The translations under genes and the position numbers were made by a program. Positions 11,135 to 23,045 of a stretch of 44,839 bases of DNA are shown piece by piece. Numbering within the stretch: the stretch's first letter is position 1; every line of letters starts with the position of its first letter. The stretch lies in NCBI GenBank assembly GCA_051942165.1, contig JAVECS010000017.1, positions 1 to 44,839 on the forward strand, written 5' to 3'. The stretch comes from Circinaria calcarea (taxonomy: Eukaryota). The notes under the pieces are model-generated. The model did not search any database. It was not told the origin of the DNA and saw nothing but the letters and a program-made list of their open reading frames with translations.

Positions 11135-12855
11135 TGTTGTAAAGTCGCGGTTTGCTGGCAATGGATGGTGAGCCGTTTGATGTTGTTGAGGGATGAAACG
11201 GGATTGTCAGAGTAGGTGAATGGTCGAGGAAGATAAGAGTATCAATCGATTCAAAGCTAATGGAAGTCAATGGAAGGACGCGACTCTCTCTCTCTCCCTC
11301 GGATTGATTTGTAAGTAATGGGAGGCGAAGCTCGAAGTGTGGCAAGTTCGGAGTTAAGAGGGTCGCCAAAAGATGCGAGTCGGTTCTGAGCGTGTAAGCA
11401 GTGACGAATGGATTGAACTCCTTTGCAGCCAGTATGGCTACTGCACAGCAGATACTGATGAAGTGCAGGAGATTGATGGAGATGAGGCAGGATTGATTGC
11501 AGAAGATGTGCGAAAGGGCGGGCAAGGCTGGGGGGGGGGGTTTCAGGCAGTGGTTATATGGTGGTGGTTTGTAGGACAGTAGGCAAGCATGAATAAGAAG
11601 CAGGCAGCAATGAATGACCAATCAGCCTTGGTCTCGGCCGACTGAATGACCGGATGAATCGAGTGATGCGTCGTCAACTGACGAAGGAAAGGGAAGGACT
11701 CTGTGCGAGGTGAGGCAAGGCAAGGCACAGGGCAGTGTGAGCACCAGGCGAGAACAAAGAGAAGGGGAGGGGGGGGGTGTGACCGCTGGGCCGTATTCAC
11801 ATTATTCACACTATTCGGCTTTCGGACGATGAATAGGAAGCACAATTCCAGAAGAGGCAGTAAGTGCGCAGGCTGAATGGAAGAGCGTCGGGTCAGCTGG
11901 GCAGGATTGTCAGACGAGAAGGGAGTGGAATCTTATTGATGGGGGATGGATGAATCAGGAGAAGGACGGCGATGAATCAGACACCAGCAGGTCGCGCTCC
12001 ACACCATTGGTCAATTCGGATCGGACTCCCAGTAGGGATGAGCCACGTTCGAACAGCAACACGCCAATAGCCCCATAACGCCCCGCTCGGTTGGCATTGG
12101 CGATACGGTAGATAGAATGGCCTAGGCAGCGGTGGCAATCCATGGACAGTGCGATTGATAATGGACCCGAGTCGTGCACGTAAAGACATCCCAAAGCGAT
12201 CCGGATGCTCAGGAAGAGAAAGAAGGTCGAAGAGTCGACTGGAAACCGACCGAAGTCGAATTGGTTGGGGGGGCCCAATAGCGGCGAATGATGATGCCTC
12301 GAATTCATACTGCCTCGGCCCCCGTTCGCTAACAGCCCACTCTCTCAGAGTCACTACTAAAGTACTATGGGTACTCCTACTCTCAACCGTTCTCCATTCG
12401 ACGCCATGTCGTACGCCCGAGATCCGTCCCATGCACGGCAGGGATTCGGTCCCGATTGACTTTTTCCCACCATCTCTCGAAACGGGTCGTCGCGCATGGG
12501 TATTATCGTTTGTTACATGCATTCGTAGCGGGAACGCCACCCTCCTTGTCTGTGGAGAGAGAGAGATATCACTGGAGAGATCATTGACTTGCCAGCGGCC
12601 GTGTGATCGAACCCCTCGACGTCCTGCCACAAGACATCCATATCACACTTGGTTCCATTGACTGCTCCGTGATCACTCTCTCGTTCCAACTGCGGCCCGG
12701 ATGCAATTGGATGCAGCAGCAGATGACACACCTGGTGGTTGCGCACTGATCCACCCTCGACCAGGGGCGGATTAGCCAGATCTCTTGGTGGACCCTCTCT
12801 CCCAATCCCCCCATGTAAAATGATGGCTATTGCGGGGGCGGGAAGTGGTCAATCA

Positions 12856-12880
12856 TGCCATTGCCATTGCCATTGCCATT
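12856..12880 (+). repeat. (TGCCAT)4 hexanucleotide microsatellite
   Basis: tgccattgccattgccattgccatt. Confidence 0.8.
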
Positions 12881-15435
12881 TTCAACTCCCATTGGCGAAT
12901 CAATGGAACTCACGACGGTGGAATTCTGATACAGTAGAAAAGGGAGCGTCACCATGGGCCGGGGACGACATAAGGTCACGGACCGCGATTACCGGGGGAT
13001 CACGTCTCGGCAAAACGAGCAGCATCCGCTGGCACGTGAAAGAAAGGTGTGGTTCATGTACAGCACAGGAGAATATCATTTCGTCAACTCGGATTTCTTG
13101 AATGCCTTCCTGGCTGTCATATGTTTCACGAACGAAGTTGAACCCGGAGTGCATTGCCCAGGCCAACTTCGCCCACAGAAGCTCTCGCTCGGTACCTTCC
13201 CTCGTCGTTGCATGCGTAAAACATGAGGATAGCTACAATGAACCGCAGACAGGGCCTAATGGGTACATGATTGTTACAGCCATCCCGAAGGAGCACCCGC
13301 CATGCTCAGCAATCCATCAGACTCCATACGACCCGTGCTCGCCGTACCATATCGGTGGTGATGGTACACAAACTAGTCGAGCCCGTCAAAGTCCCGGTCA
13401 GGGTGCTCTTGGGTTTGACCAAAGACCCGAACCCTATCTCTTATCCGGCGGGGTCAAGTGACTCCCGGCGAGCTGGGAGCATTCTTACTCTGTTAGTAAG
13501 ATCCATCACAGAGTGAAGCTCCTATGAAGGATTGTCAATGGCGACATGCAAGTTTTGTGAGAAGTTGGCAGAGCGGTTGCAACGGTTCGAGCTCATGAAT
13601 GAAGGAAATTTGACCGTTGCCGTGTTTATTTGCAAAACCTTCACACCTGCTGCCAAGTGAGGTTTTAGGTTCAATTGCCTCAAGTCCTCTAGCATGATTG
13701 AATAGTCTTGGTTTGATAAGGAATGAAGTAGTATTTTCTGGTTTCTTGTTGATAGTAATGGCATGGCTGGATCGCTAGACGTTCTCTTCACGATTGTGCG
13801 GTCACTTCCAAATAGTCCCGAGCGCTGTCTTTAGCTACCCCATCTCTAGAACGTTGCTCATACTATGTACAAACAAAACCAGCGAACGGCTCAATGTGCT
13901 CAACCAAACGTGATTCGAAGCTTACCTCTGGAGTATCGATATTAATTGCTTGGGAAGCGCCACCATGAGCTGTCCATGATTACTCGTTACTATTTTTGGA
14001 GGTCTGACCACGTCGTAAAGGATTATACTCGGTCACAATTGTGGTTTCCTCTGCATGTCAGCTAGGGTTAGTTAGCCTTCGGCCAGTGCGTACCGACCCA
14101 ACAACTCTGTAGGCTTTCCTATGATCAGTCTGTGTCTTCTGGCAGATAAATCTGCCGGCTCCCTGATATTCAACTGATCTGCGCCATGGTTCGTACAGAC
14201 GTAGATGTTATGACTCGAAGCTGGACGGGAAACACTGTAGCCACTTCACACAAGGGGTTACGTGCTATGGGTATATGGAAAGGGTGAACAACGTATACAA
14301 TTAAGCCGTTTCATTGCCGTAGAAGAAGCATGGGCCCAGGTTCGCGATTTGGTATAGTGCTCACTGTACAGTCAAGGCATCGTGTTAGGCTGGAATAGAT
14401 CCAGCCTTATCCTATGCAGGTCCCTCGCTTGTCTTTTGCTGGTCATCACTTGGACTCCCAGGAAACCTACCCCTTACCAAGGTACCCACTTGCTGTCCAA
14501 GGGTATGGAAGCAAAACTGGAGTTTAGAGGCGTGCGAGTGTGTAGTTCGCCTTCCGCATGGACATTTACACCGACTCGATTCCGCCAATGGGTTCAATGG
14601 CGAAAAGAGCGCTGCCACCCCTGGAAGCCACGTGGGAGTCCCTTTTTGACAGGCGAGCCGGGATTAAGGTCGGGTACGGTACGTGGGTACTCCGTAGAGG
14701 AAAACCGTCCCTGCAGCGGTTCCAACGGTCCTGCCCGCTGTCGTGAAACGTAGCGTGCAGGCGGTCAACTGGTCCCCTCACCCACGGTAACGAAAGCATA
14801 GGCCTACCAGACTATAGACTGCCAGTTTAAATCATGCCATCACGAGGAAGCCGCATTACAGTCAGCCAGGGCTTCTCGGGTTGAGCTGGGGATATTAGGT
14901 CACGTAAACCGCCCAGAGCTACTAAAAGCATGCCGGCAATACAAAGATCCTCAACAGTGGTGGCTTACACATTCCGCCTGACCCATGCGATGCTCGGGTT
15001 TTCACAAGCGGAGCAGGCGCTCATCTATCTGAGGAAGAGCATGTCTTTGGTCCCCGTTTTTGAATTGTCGTAGCCGTAGATCATGATCGAGGCCGTCAAT
15101 ACATCAAGCGCTATCGTACATGACTGCCATCAAGGCCAAGGCTCCCCATGTGTTACCACCTGAGGTACTAAACACCAGGATATGCGCTCCCGAATGATTC
15201 GCAAGAGATGCCAGGGTATGTCGAAGAAGCAAGGGGTGGTCGCGTACAACTTTTTAGCAACAAAGGATCATACAAAAGAAATGAAGATCCTGACCGCTGC
15301 TGCTCCTTCCTGGACGTGACCACGGGGTTATGCAGATTACCGTTGTAAGACAAGAAAACCAATCCGTCGAGATGAGCGATTATCATGTGCGAGCCGCGGT
15401 CGACAAAGCGGAGGCTATCCAAACAGTCAAGTAGC

Positions 15436-16403
15436 CTAGTTCGAACACACGGCCTGGACGTGACCTGGCTGCTTACACTTATAGCAGACTCGCTCGGACG
15501 ATGCTTCGGATGGACAGTCGCGGCTCAAGTGGCCGACTTCGCCGCCTAAGGAGGTTAGTCTTTGCTCGGGTCGAGAGCGAGGAGAATGACCTACAGTTGT
15601 AACACTTTTGTCCTTGGGTGCAATCGCGGGACATGTGGCCATACCCACCACAAGAGTAGCAAGTCTGAGCTTGACGCCCGCCACTCCCATAGCCACCGCC
15701 ATAACCACCTCCACTCTGATAACCGCCACTCTGGTATCCGCCAGATCCACCAGCCTCGGTGCAGTTACGCGCAATGTGTCCAACCTTTCCGCATTTGTAA
15801 CATTCTTGGCCTCCTCCACTGGAATATCCACCAGAATATCCACCAGAGCCACGACCAGCTCCTCCAGCTGCTGAAGCTCCTCCACCAGCACCGGGGTTTG
15901 GGCAGTCACGAGAGATGTGGCCGGTTTCGCCGCAACGGTAGCAGGACTTCTCCTTCTGAGGCTCCGTGCATTCGCGGCTCACATGTCCCTCGCCGCCACA
16001 GTTGTAGCACGTTGGAGTACCACGCTTGGGGCAGTCACGAGCTTGATGGGCGTTGTCACCGCCTATTCAAATTAGCATGGGCCACCCGAAGTCATGCTCT
16101 CTACAGGTATAGTCTATGTCAATGACACCAGAAATGAAGAGATTCTGCAAAGCGCACATGAGGCAGCAGTGAAAGTCTAGAGATGCCTACGTCGGATCCG
16201 GCGTGCGCGACAGAAGGAATCTTTCATATAAGAAGAGGAGGCTAGTGTACGAGTATAGAGCCTCGTCTGGTCCCGCACGATTGAATGGCCAATAAATCTA
16301 TCGCAAACCGAGATTCACCACGATTCGAAATTCGCCTTGTACAGTCAAGAAATCAACACTTACAGTTATAGCAGCCGCGTGTACCTTGGTTTTGATAGTC
16401 CAT
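15436..16403 (-). CDS. GIS2: CNBP/Gis2/Byr3 CCHC zinc-knuckle RNA-binding protein
   Basis: Seven CX2CX4HX4C knuckles with Gly-rich linkers. Exons 16403-16364, 16062-15595 and 15545-15436 (introns 16063-16363, 15546-15594). Probable 5'UTR intron 16438-16556. Confidence 0.95.
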
Positions 16404-17257
16404 GTCGTCTCAATTTCCTCGTTCGATTTTAGGTAAACTGTGTCTTTGTCAGTAGATGAGCAGAGCGCACAAATCCTGGGGCCGGCTCAAAGCCAGAGAG
16501 AAGCGTATTCGCCCGTGGCGAAGTAGATCATGGAAAGCTTCGCGGAGTTGACGAACCTCAGCACGTGGTCTTGGAGCGTATCGGGTGGGAGCAGACAATT
16601 GTGATGTGGTACGAGTGGTGAACGAGGTCGAACGTGGGTTTTCTGCCCACATTGTTGAGATGGACTTTCTCGTGCGCTCGGATCCTCGGGCCGGTACCAT
16701 AACGCGCGCCGTTATTGGGTGCGTGGGAAATAAGGGGCGGTTGGAAGCGAAAGCTTGGCAGAGTGGGGGGAGGCTCAACACGTTTGCGTGGTTGCTCAGT
16801 CCGATATCACAATGCGGCTACCAAATAGGAAACCGACAGTACTGCATGCTCCGTACTCCGTACTCCATCGACTAATGCCACCCAGAACCACACAAGCATG
16901 CTACTCTTCCAGAAAACCTGCAACAAAGACTGCCTTGCTGCCTGCACGCCCAAATTGAATGTGCAGGATTTACTATGGCCCGTGCCCTGGCTGGAAGCTG
17001 GCCCTGCCGAGCAAGAATTTCAACTCTACCAGGTCAGGAGACCAGGTCGTTGCCCAAAACTCGGTCTTGGGCTGTCAACCGACATTGACTCAGTCATCAA
17101 CACTTCTCAGTCTTGCCGCTATTCATCCTACTAAATGTTATGTGAGACGTGACTTGAAAAGAAGCAATGGGAAATCCGCAAAGATTGAGCTTGCAAGGAG
17201 CACATGGCGGCACCGCCTTCTAGATATGTATTGGTGATTGCTATTATATAAACATAC

Positions 17258-18980
17258 TCATGAGAAGTCATACACCACCAGGGCTTGAGTTCCATAATCT
17301 TTCTCTTGGAGAACTATTACCTTTTCTTCGTCAAATCCAACCCATCCTTTGGTGGCTTCCAGCCCATCAAAGCCATGACGTGGTCTCCTTTGAGCGTCAG
17401 CGATATCTCTTGATCTATGCTCAAACAACTCCCCATTAACCCTTTCATGTTGTTTTCGCTCGGGTTGCACCTGAACACTGGCTTGACCGGCAGCCATGCG
17501 TCGTTTGGATGACCTCGAGGTAATACCTCCCTCAAGCTCCCATACCCTTATCTCGTCTCCGTGAAGGCTGACCGATACGGCTTTCCCACGGTCGCCTACG
17601 TGAGCCCCTGAAACCGAGGACGTATGACCCCACAATCTTGCTCCATGTCCAATTGTCAATTCTTTCTCGCTCGAAGAAACGAGATAAAGTGTGAGCGTGT
17701 TGTCTGGGTGAGACGCCAGTAAATATGGGTGTGAGTAGGACAAAGATGTCGGCTTTGTCAAAATCGGAAGAGCAGCATCTTCATTGCCTGATACGGGAGA
17801 AGAGTCTAAACCTGAGCGGGGTGAGCTGTAGTTCGATGATGTCGAGCTCAGCGGCGTGAAACCTTGGTCCATCGCAGAGGTTAGTCGAGATTGGGTAATA
17901 TTACCATTCGGAGTTAACCGAAGTTCCTGCAACCCTACTGACCAGCCGGATAAGTAGGTTGGCAAGGCATATGCAATCGAGGCAACAATAGCTGCTGACG
18001 AAGCTCTCAGGGATATTGACAGCGGCGGCCAACTTGTATGTGATTTCAATGAGGACAGTAGCCGTGGAGGATCCAGGACTGAGTCTAATTGATCATACGG
18101 AGAATCAAGAGAAAAGGAGTACAATGATAGCAGCTGCGCATCTGTCATTGTAACAAGGTATGGTGAAGCATATGCGATGGCAGTTATCGCGCCATTGGTC
18201 GAAGCTGCATGTGCATATCTACATGAGATGTTTTGCTCTTGACTTCGTAGAGTGTAGATCCCGAATCCTCCGTCCGAAAAACCAACGGATATCGACAAAG
18301 CGAAGCCACCTCTAGAGTCGTCCAGTGCTAGAGAAGTGGGTACAACCGAGGTCGGACAGTCTAGACAACCGGAATGTAAGTCCAGTCTTGCAAGAAGGCG
18401 GTGCTCGCCCTTCAGCGACCATGCTCTGAGTCCTTGCGCTTGATCGACCGTCACCACAACATCTCCATGTAGCTGTACTAATATCGCCGGGATTGTGGGT
18501 CGTCTTGCAATTTCGACTTCTCTGACACTGCAACTTCCTTTCGACCAATTATGACGGAGTTTGTATTGCTTCTTCCAATTAGTTTTCGTGCCTCTTCTCA
18601 CCAAATGCTCATCCTCAAGCCATTTAGAAAGGCGGGATGAGTAAAGTAAGGAGGCTGCTGGTACGTCTTGATCTCGAATGCCCGGTATGCGTGATGCCCG
18701 AGGGCGTACAAAGCGGCTATAGTATGCGGATTTCCAAAGTTGTGGATCACCTGCAAGCACATGAAATCGATGCGACAGTCTAAATGACGGTGTTAGGGCA
18801 TGCTATGCTTCTGGTAAGCCCTACGAACCTTTGACAAACTGTTAAGGCCGGAACTGGTAGAAACGAGAGAGCCCGCAGGAGGAGCTCGTCACTAAGACGT
18901 GACAGCCTATCTATATCCTCGCAACGCCGGCGCTTCACGTCTCGATTTTCCTCAACGTTGTCCAGGGTATGCTTGACCAT
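17258..18980 (-). CDS. F-box protein with C-terminal beta-propeller-like region
   Basis: F-box LSRLSDELLLRALSFLPVPALTVCQRLSHRF...DPQLWK across intron 18780-18828; WKKQYKLRHNW; LWGHTSSVS...IRVWEL WD-like repeat. Confidence 0.88.
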
Positions 18981-19168
18981 CGCTATAGCTTAGGATTGTA
19001 AGTGTTCAAACTATTTCCTCGCCCATGGTGAGAACCGAGTAATGACGTCGGATCGGGTCCATGTATATGCCGGATAATGCCGCGGCACGTCGTAGAACTA
19101 TCTATGTATGTCGGACGTGTCACATCTAACCCAAGATGATTTCCTTGTGGCGTGAGAGTCGATAGAAA

Positions 19169-22044
19169 ATGGAAAGTCTTGAAAGCTTCAAGTCGTCCTT
19201 GTTAACTACTGTTACAGAACAATGCTCTCAATTTGATCGCGTCCTAAAAGAGGAGCTTGCCAAACGTAGGTTGACTTGAAGGTTTCATTACTTTCTGCTA
19301 TCGCCAATGTTGGGTTTTGCTAAGCTTGGCATACAGTTGAACAGCTACATGCAGTAAAACAGCAAAGATTACAGCAGGAGATTAGTTCATTGCAAAGTCG
19401 AGTCTCAAAATTAGGCGAATTAGAAAAACAAAATGTTGAATTACGCTCGAAAATAGAGAGAGCTGCTAAACGGATACGCAGTCCAAGCGATACACAGGTT
19501 CCGTCCTGTCAGTCTGAGAAAATTGGCTCAAAAGTTCTACCAGTCGAGCCTGGTCCTGCCAATTGTGCATACGAACCTGAAGACTTAGAGAAATCGCTCC
19601 AAGAGAATAAGAGGATTCTTGAATTGCTCGAGAAGGAAAAGGCTGAGGTTGCGAGGCTGTACAATGCACACGCAAGGTTGCAGAAGAGATCTCGGGTCCT
19701 CAAGGAAAGAGCCAAGGAACGGTCAGAGTATCACGACAGAACCTTAGCCAAAAGAAGACCTTTAATTGCCGGCCAACGGCATAATAGCGGCGAGTCCATA
19801 CTGCGCAGCGAAGGGGGGCTTCTGATACCGCACTCCCCAAGACTACCTCGGCCATCATCCTCCTTTAGTGAAGAGAATCCCGATACCCCCAAGCCAGAAA
19901 CCGCACTTCCCCTACTTCAACTCATCCCAGATCAACAGACACAAGATTGTAGGGAAGAAATTGTATGCTCTTCGGATCCTCAAGTTCTGGTTCTACCCAC
20001 CCCGGCACGAAATCCACAGGATATCAACAATGCTATTAAAGATTATCGCCATATCGATAAAGGCAATTCTTCGGAAACCTGCGATGATACTTGTGAGCAA
20101 CCACCACTCCCACCTCTTCCTCAACCGTGGACGCATCGCTCCAATGATATACTTGCATCTGTATTGGAAGATGACGAGTCAGATGTTCCCGTGGTCGTTT
20201 CTGAACGTTCTTTAAAACGGAAGAGACCCAATGCCCTCGAACTGCAGGAACTCCACTTACCTGGAGATGCCGAACATCAGATGGGTAGTGCCGGAAAGCC
20301 GTTCTGTGTGAAGAGCGAACATGGCTCGAGTAGCCCTATGATCGATAAAAATACTTCAGCCTTGGAGTACGCGCATGAAAGTCTTGATTTAGACGAAGTT
20401 GGAAGGAGAATTCTCACACCGAGAAAGAGAACGCGGCTACAACGACTCAAGACTGCATCGCAATCGGAAATGAGAAGGGCTCTGACCCTTGCACATTTAG
20501 GAGGAACAGAGGGGCCAATGAGCTCTGCTGCTTCCAGAGGCACGTCGGCAGGGGATATCGCGGACAGCGCAGCTGACCCCGGCACTAACGGTGTCCTATT
20601 TTCCCGCCCAGAGTTCTGCAACGAGTTAGCTACAAAGATTGCGCGGGAGATGTATGGAATGCTTCAATCTGGACTCGTATCAGAGACACCCGAAACGCAC
20701 TCTCGTCCTACGCGTTCGAGATTAGAGCTCCGAAATCTGCATAATCAAAAAGCACACGAAAGAGAAAGGCGGTGTGCGCAGAAACAACCAGAGCAGGTCA
20801 GACATGGCATAAGTCGACGATTAAAGCGGACTGTAGATGGGGACCTTCGGGAACGAGCCCGCAGTGCACCGATCGATGCTACCAGCTCTGAGACTAGGCA
20901 AACGAGGCTGGATGTGGATGCAGGGAAACCTCGTCTTCCTCCTTTGCATCCTAAAACCCCCAATGCTCGAATTCTGCCGCGGACGCATGATTTTAAGTTT
21001 ACGTCCAAACACTATGTATCAAAGCAGCGGAAAGACCAAGACCATGCCACAGCACGATACATTGACATCACTGAAGATAGGGAGGACAATAACTCGATAC
21101 TTAAGGCTCGGTCTCCGCACTCCACGGTGTTCAATGTGGACGACAGCGTAAGAACAGACAAGGTCAAAACTCCAAGAGCAGCAGACATGCATTATCGATT
21201 GAACAACCTCTTAACAGAACCGTCCCCAGAAACGCCAATGTTATTGTCCCTAAATGGACTAGGAAAGATTACAGAGCTACAACATACGCCCAAGACGCCT
21301 CTTCCTGGTGAGGTGCTCGCAGTAAAGAAAGGCTCGTTGATCTCAAAGGAAAATCTGCTGAGAACCACGCCCGCCTCTGTAGTGAAGAACTCGCCTCGAC
21401 ATCTTACGATGACTCATATGAATGGCACTGGCATTGGCCAGAAGCATACATCAGAAGGGACCCCGGGAATTGCCACGCCTGAGCATGAACCTTTGAGGGC
21501 TCAGCCGCTCCACCGTCTCCGCCTTGATGACTTCAAGATCAATCCTAACCACAATCAAGGCAAGGATTTTGCCTTCAACGAAGTAGTGCGTAATCGTGAT
21601 CAGCGGATATGTCTGCCAAATTGCACAAAACCCGAGTGCTGTGGTGGCATGTTCCACAAAATAGTAGAAATGGGTGGTTGGACGGGTCGACAAACCCACG
21701 GACTCTGGGACTCTTCGCCCCTCGACGAGCGAGACGAGGATGACCGCCTGCTTCAAGATTATCTTGGTACTAGTTCCGCCAGCCTCGCACGCATGTCCGA
21801 GTTAGAAAGGGCGACTCTCCTAACTGAAGCGAAAGCTAAGAAACTCGCCAACGAGTACGGCCGGCACCGGCAAAACTTCGAACGGCCGTCAAGCCCGGCT
21901 GGGTTCTGGCGAACGGATATGCCGACGACGCAGGAAGCCGAGGCGGATCGGGAGCAGGCGAGGAAGGCGGAGAGAGTGAAGGTGGAGGAGAGGTATAGGG
22001 AGGCGTTGCGGGGGCACGGGAGGTGGAAATTTAGGGATGAGTAG
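19169..22044 (+). CDS. SAE2: Sae2/Ctp1/CtIP DNA-end resection factor
   Basis: N-terminal coiled coil (intron 19266-19336); C-terminal DFKINP...CLPNCTKPECCG...GRHR...PSSPAGFWRTDMPTTQE signature. Confidence 0.92.
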
Positions 22045-23045
22045 GGTCATCAAAGGGGCACAGGGGCGAGACCGGAGCGGTGCTTATCGCTGCATCAGTA
22101 CTAGGGCTTGTAGCTTAGGCTTGCTCGACTGGCGGCCTATTTTGCTTGTTCTCCTATACAACTCGCATGACCTGGCTGGTCTTTTGCCTTACTTGGTCTT
22201 ACCCTTGGCGATACGCAACTATTAATTACATACGCTACTCGCTCCTGTAGGTGATCGATCACCCTGTGTCAACCAACTCTCGTCCAGTTTGGTTTCAATA
22301 TACTGTCCACATACCTTGAAGCCCTAGGCACAATGGCAGTGAGATTGAGTAAACGCCTATCGCGAACCAAAACTGTCCTCCGCCATCCTCTCTTGCATGA
22401 CACGATGGGAGGAGAGGCTTCCCCACCGCTGATGTGTATCGATAGACCTTTCTACCAGACATCCGGGTACCTAAAACTACACCGCTTTTAAATATTCTCT
22501 GCTCAACCAGGAACGAATAGTTGGATCCGATGAGTCTAGCCTAGCACGTAGGATCTCTTCAGCGCTGTGGATGATCCCGGAGACGGAATGAACTCGCATA
22601 AAGCGCCTCGCTGTGGTCCTATCGGAGATGGGTCGTTGGCCGGCTAAAAGGACATAGATGCCATTAATGAGTCGTCGGGCAATCCGGGCATGTCGGAGCC
22701 ACGTAAGGGTCGAGAGCCTTGGGGCATACTCCCGAGTGAGAAGTACCATACCTGACCTACTGTTGATTCGTTGATCGAGGTATAGTCTAGCCTAAGAAGT
22801 AAATCCTCTAGTCCTTGTGTGTGGGTAGCCGGTTCGCGAAGAGACCCTTCTTGCATCGTCTGCTTCTGGCACAAGCGAACATCAACAGTCACACCCATTT
22901 GTATGTAAGTTTCAGAATCGGTATATAAGCGGAAACCCTAAAGGCTACTGATAGAGAAGAAAAGATAGCATCATCGGAAACGCAGCGAATGGCCCTAAAT
23001 TCAAACCTGCGCTTCTGAATGCAGGGAGACCAGTCTATCCCGCTG

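Noticed and set aside
11073..11621. 182-aa ORF overlapping the SWIRM start
   Set aside because: Starts at TTG; low-complexity product of CT-rich leader sequence.
14061..14077. TAACCCTAG on the minus strand as a telomerase RNA template
   Set aside because: Does not match the TAACCCTAA pattern expected for TTAGGG telomeres, and no supporting structure was seen.
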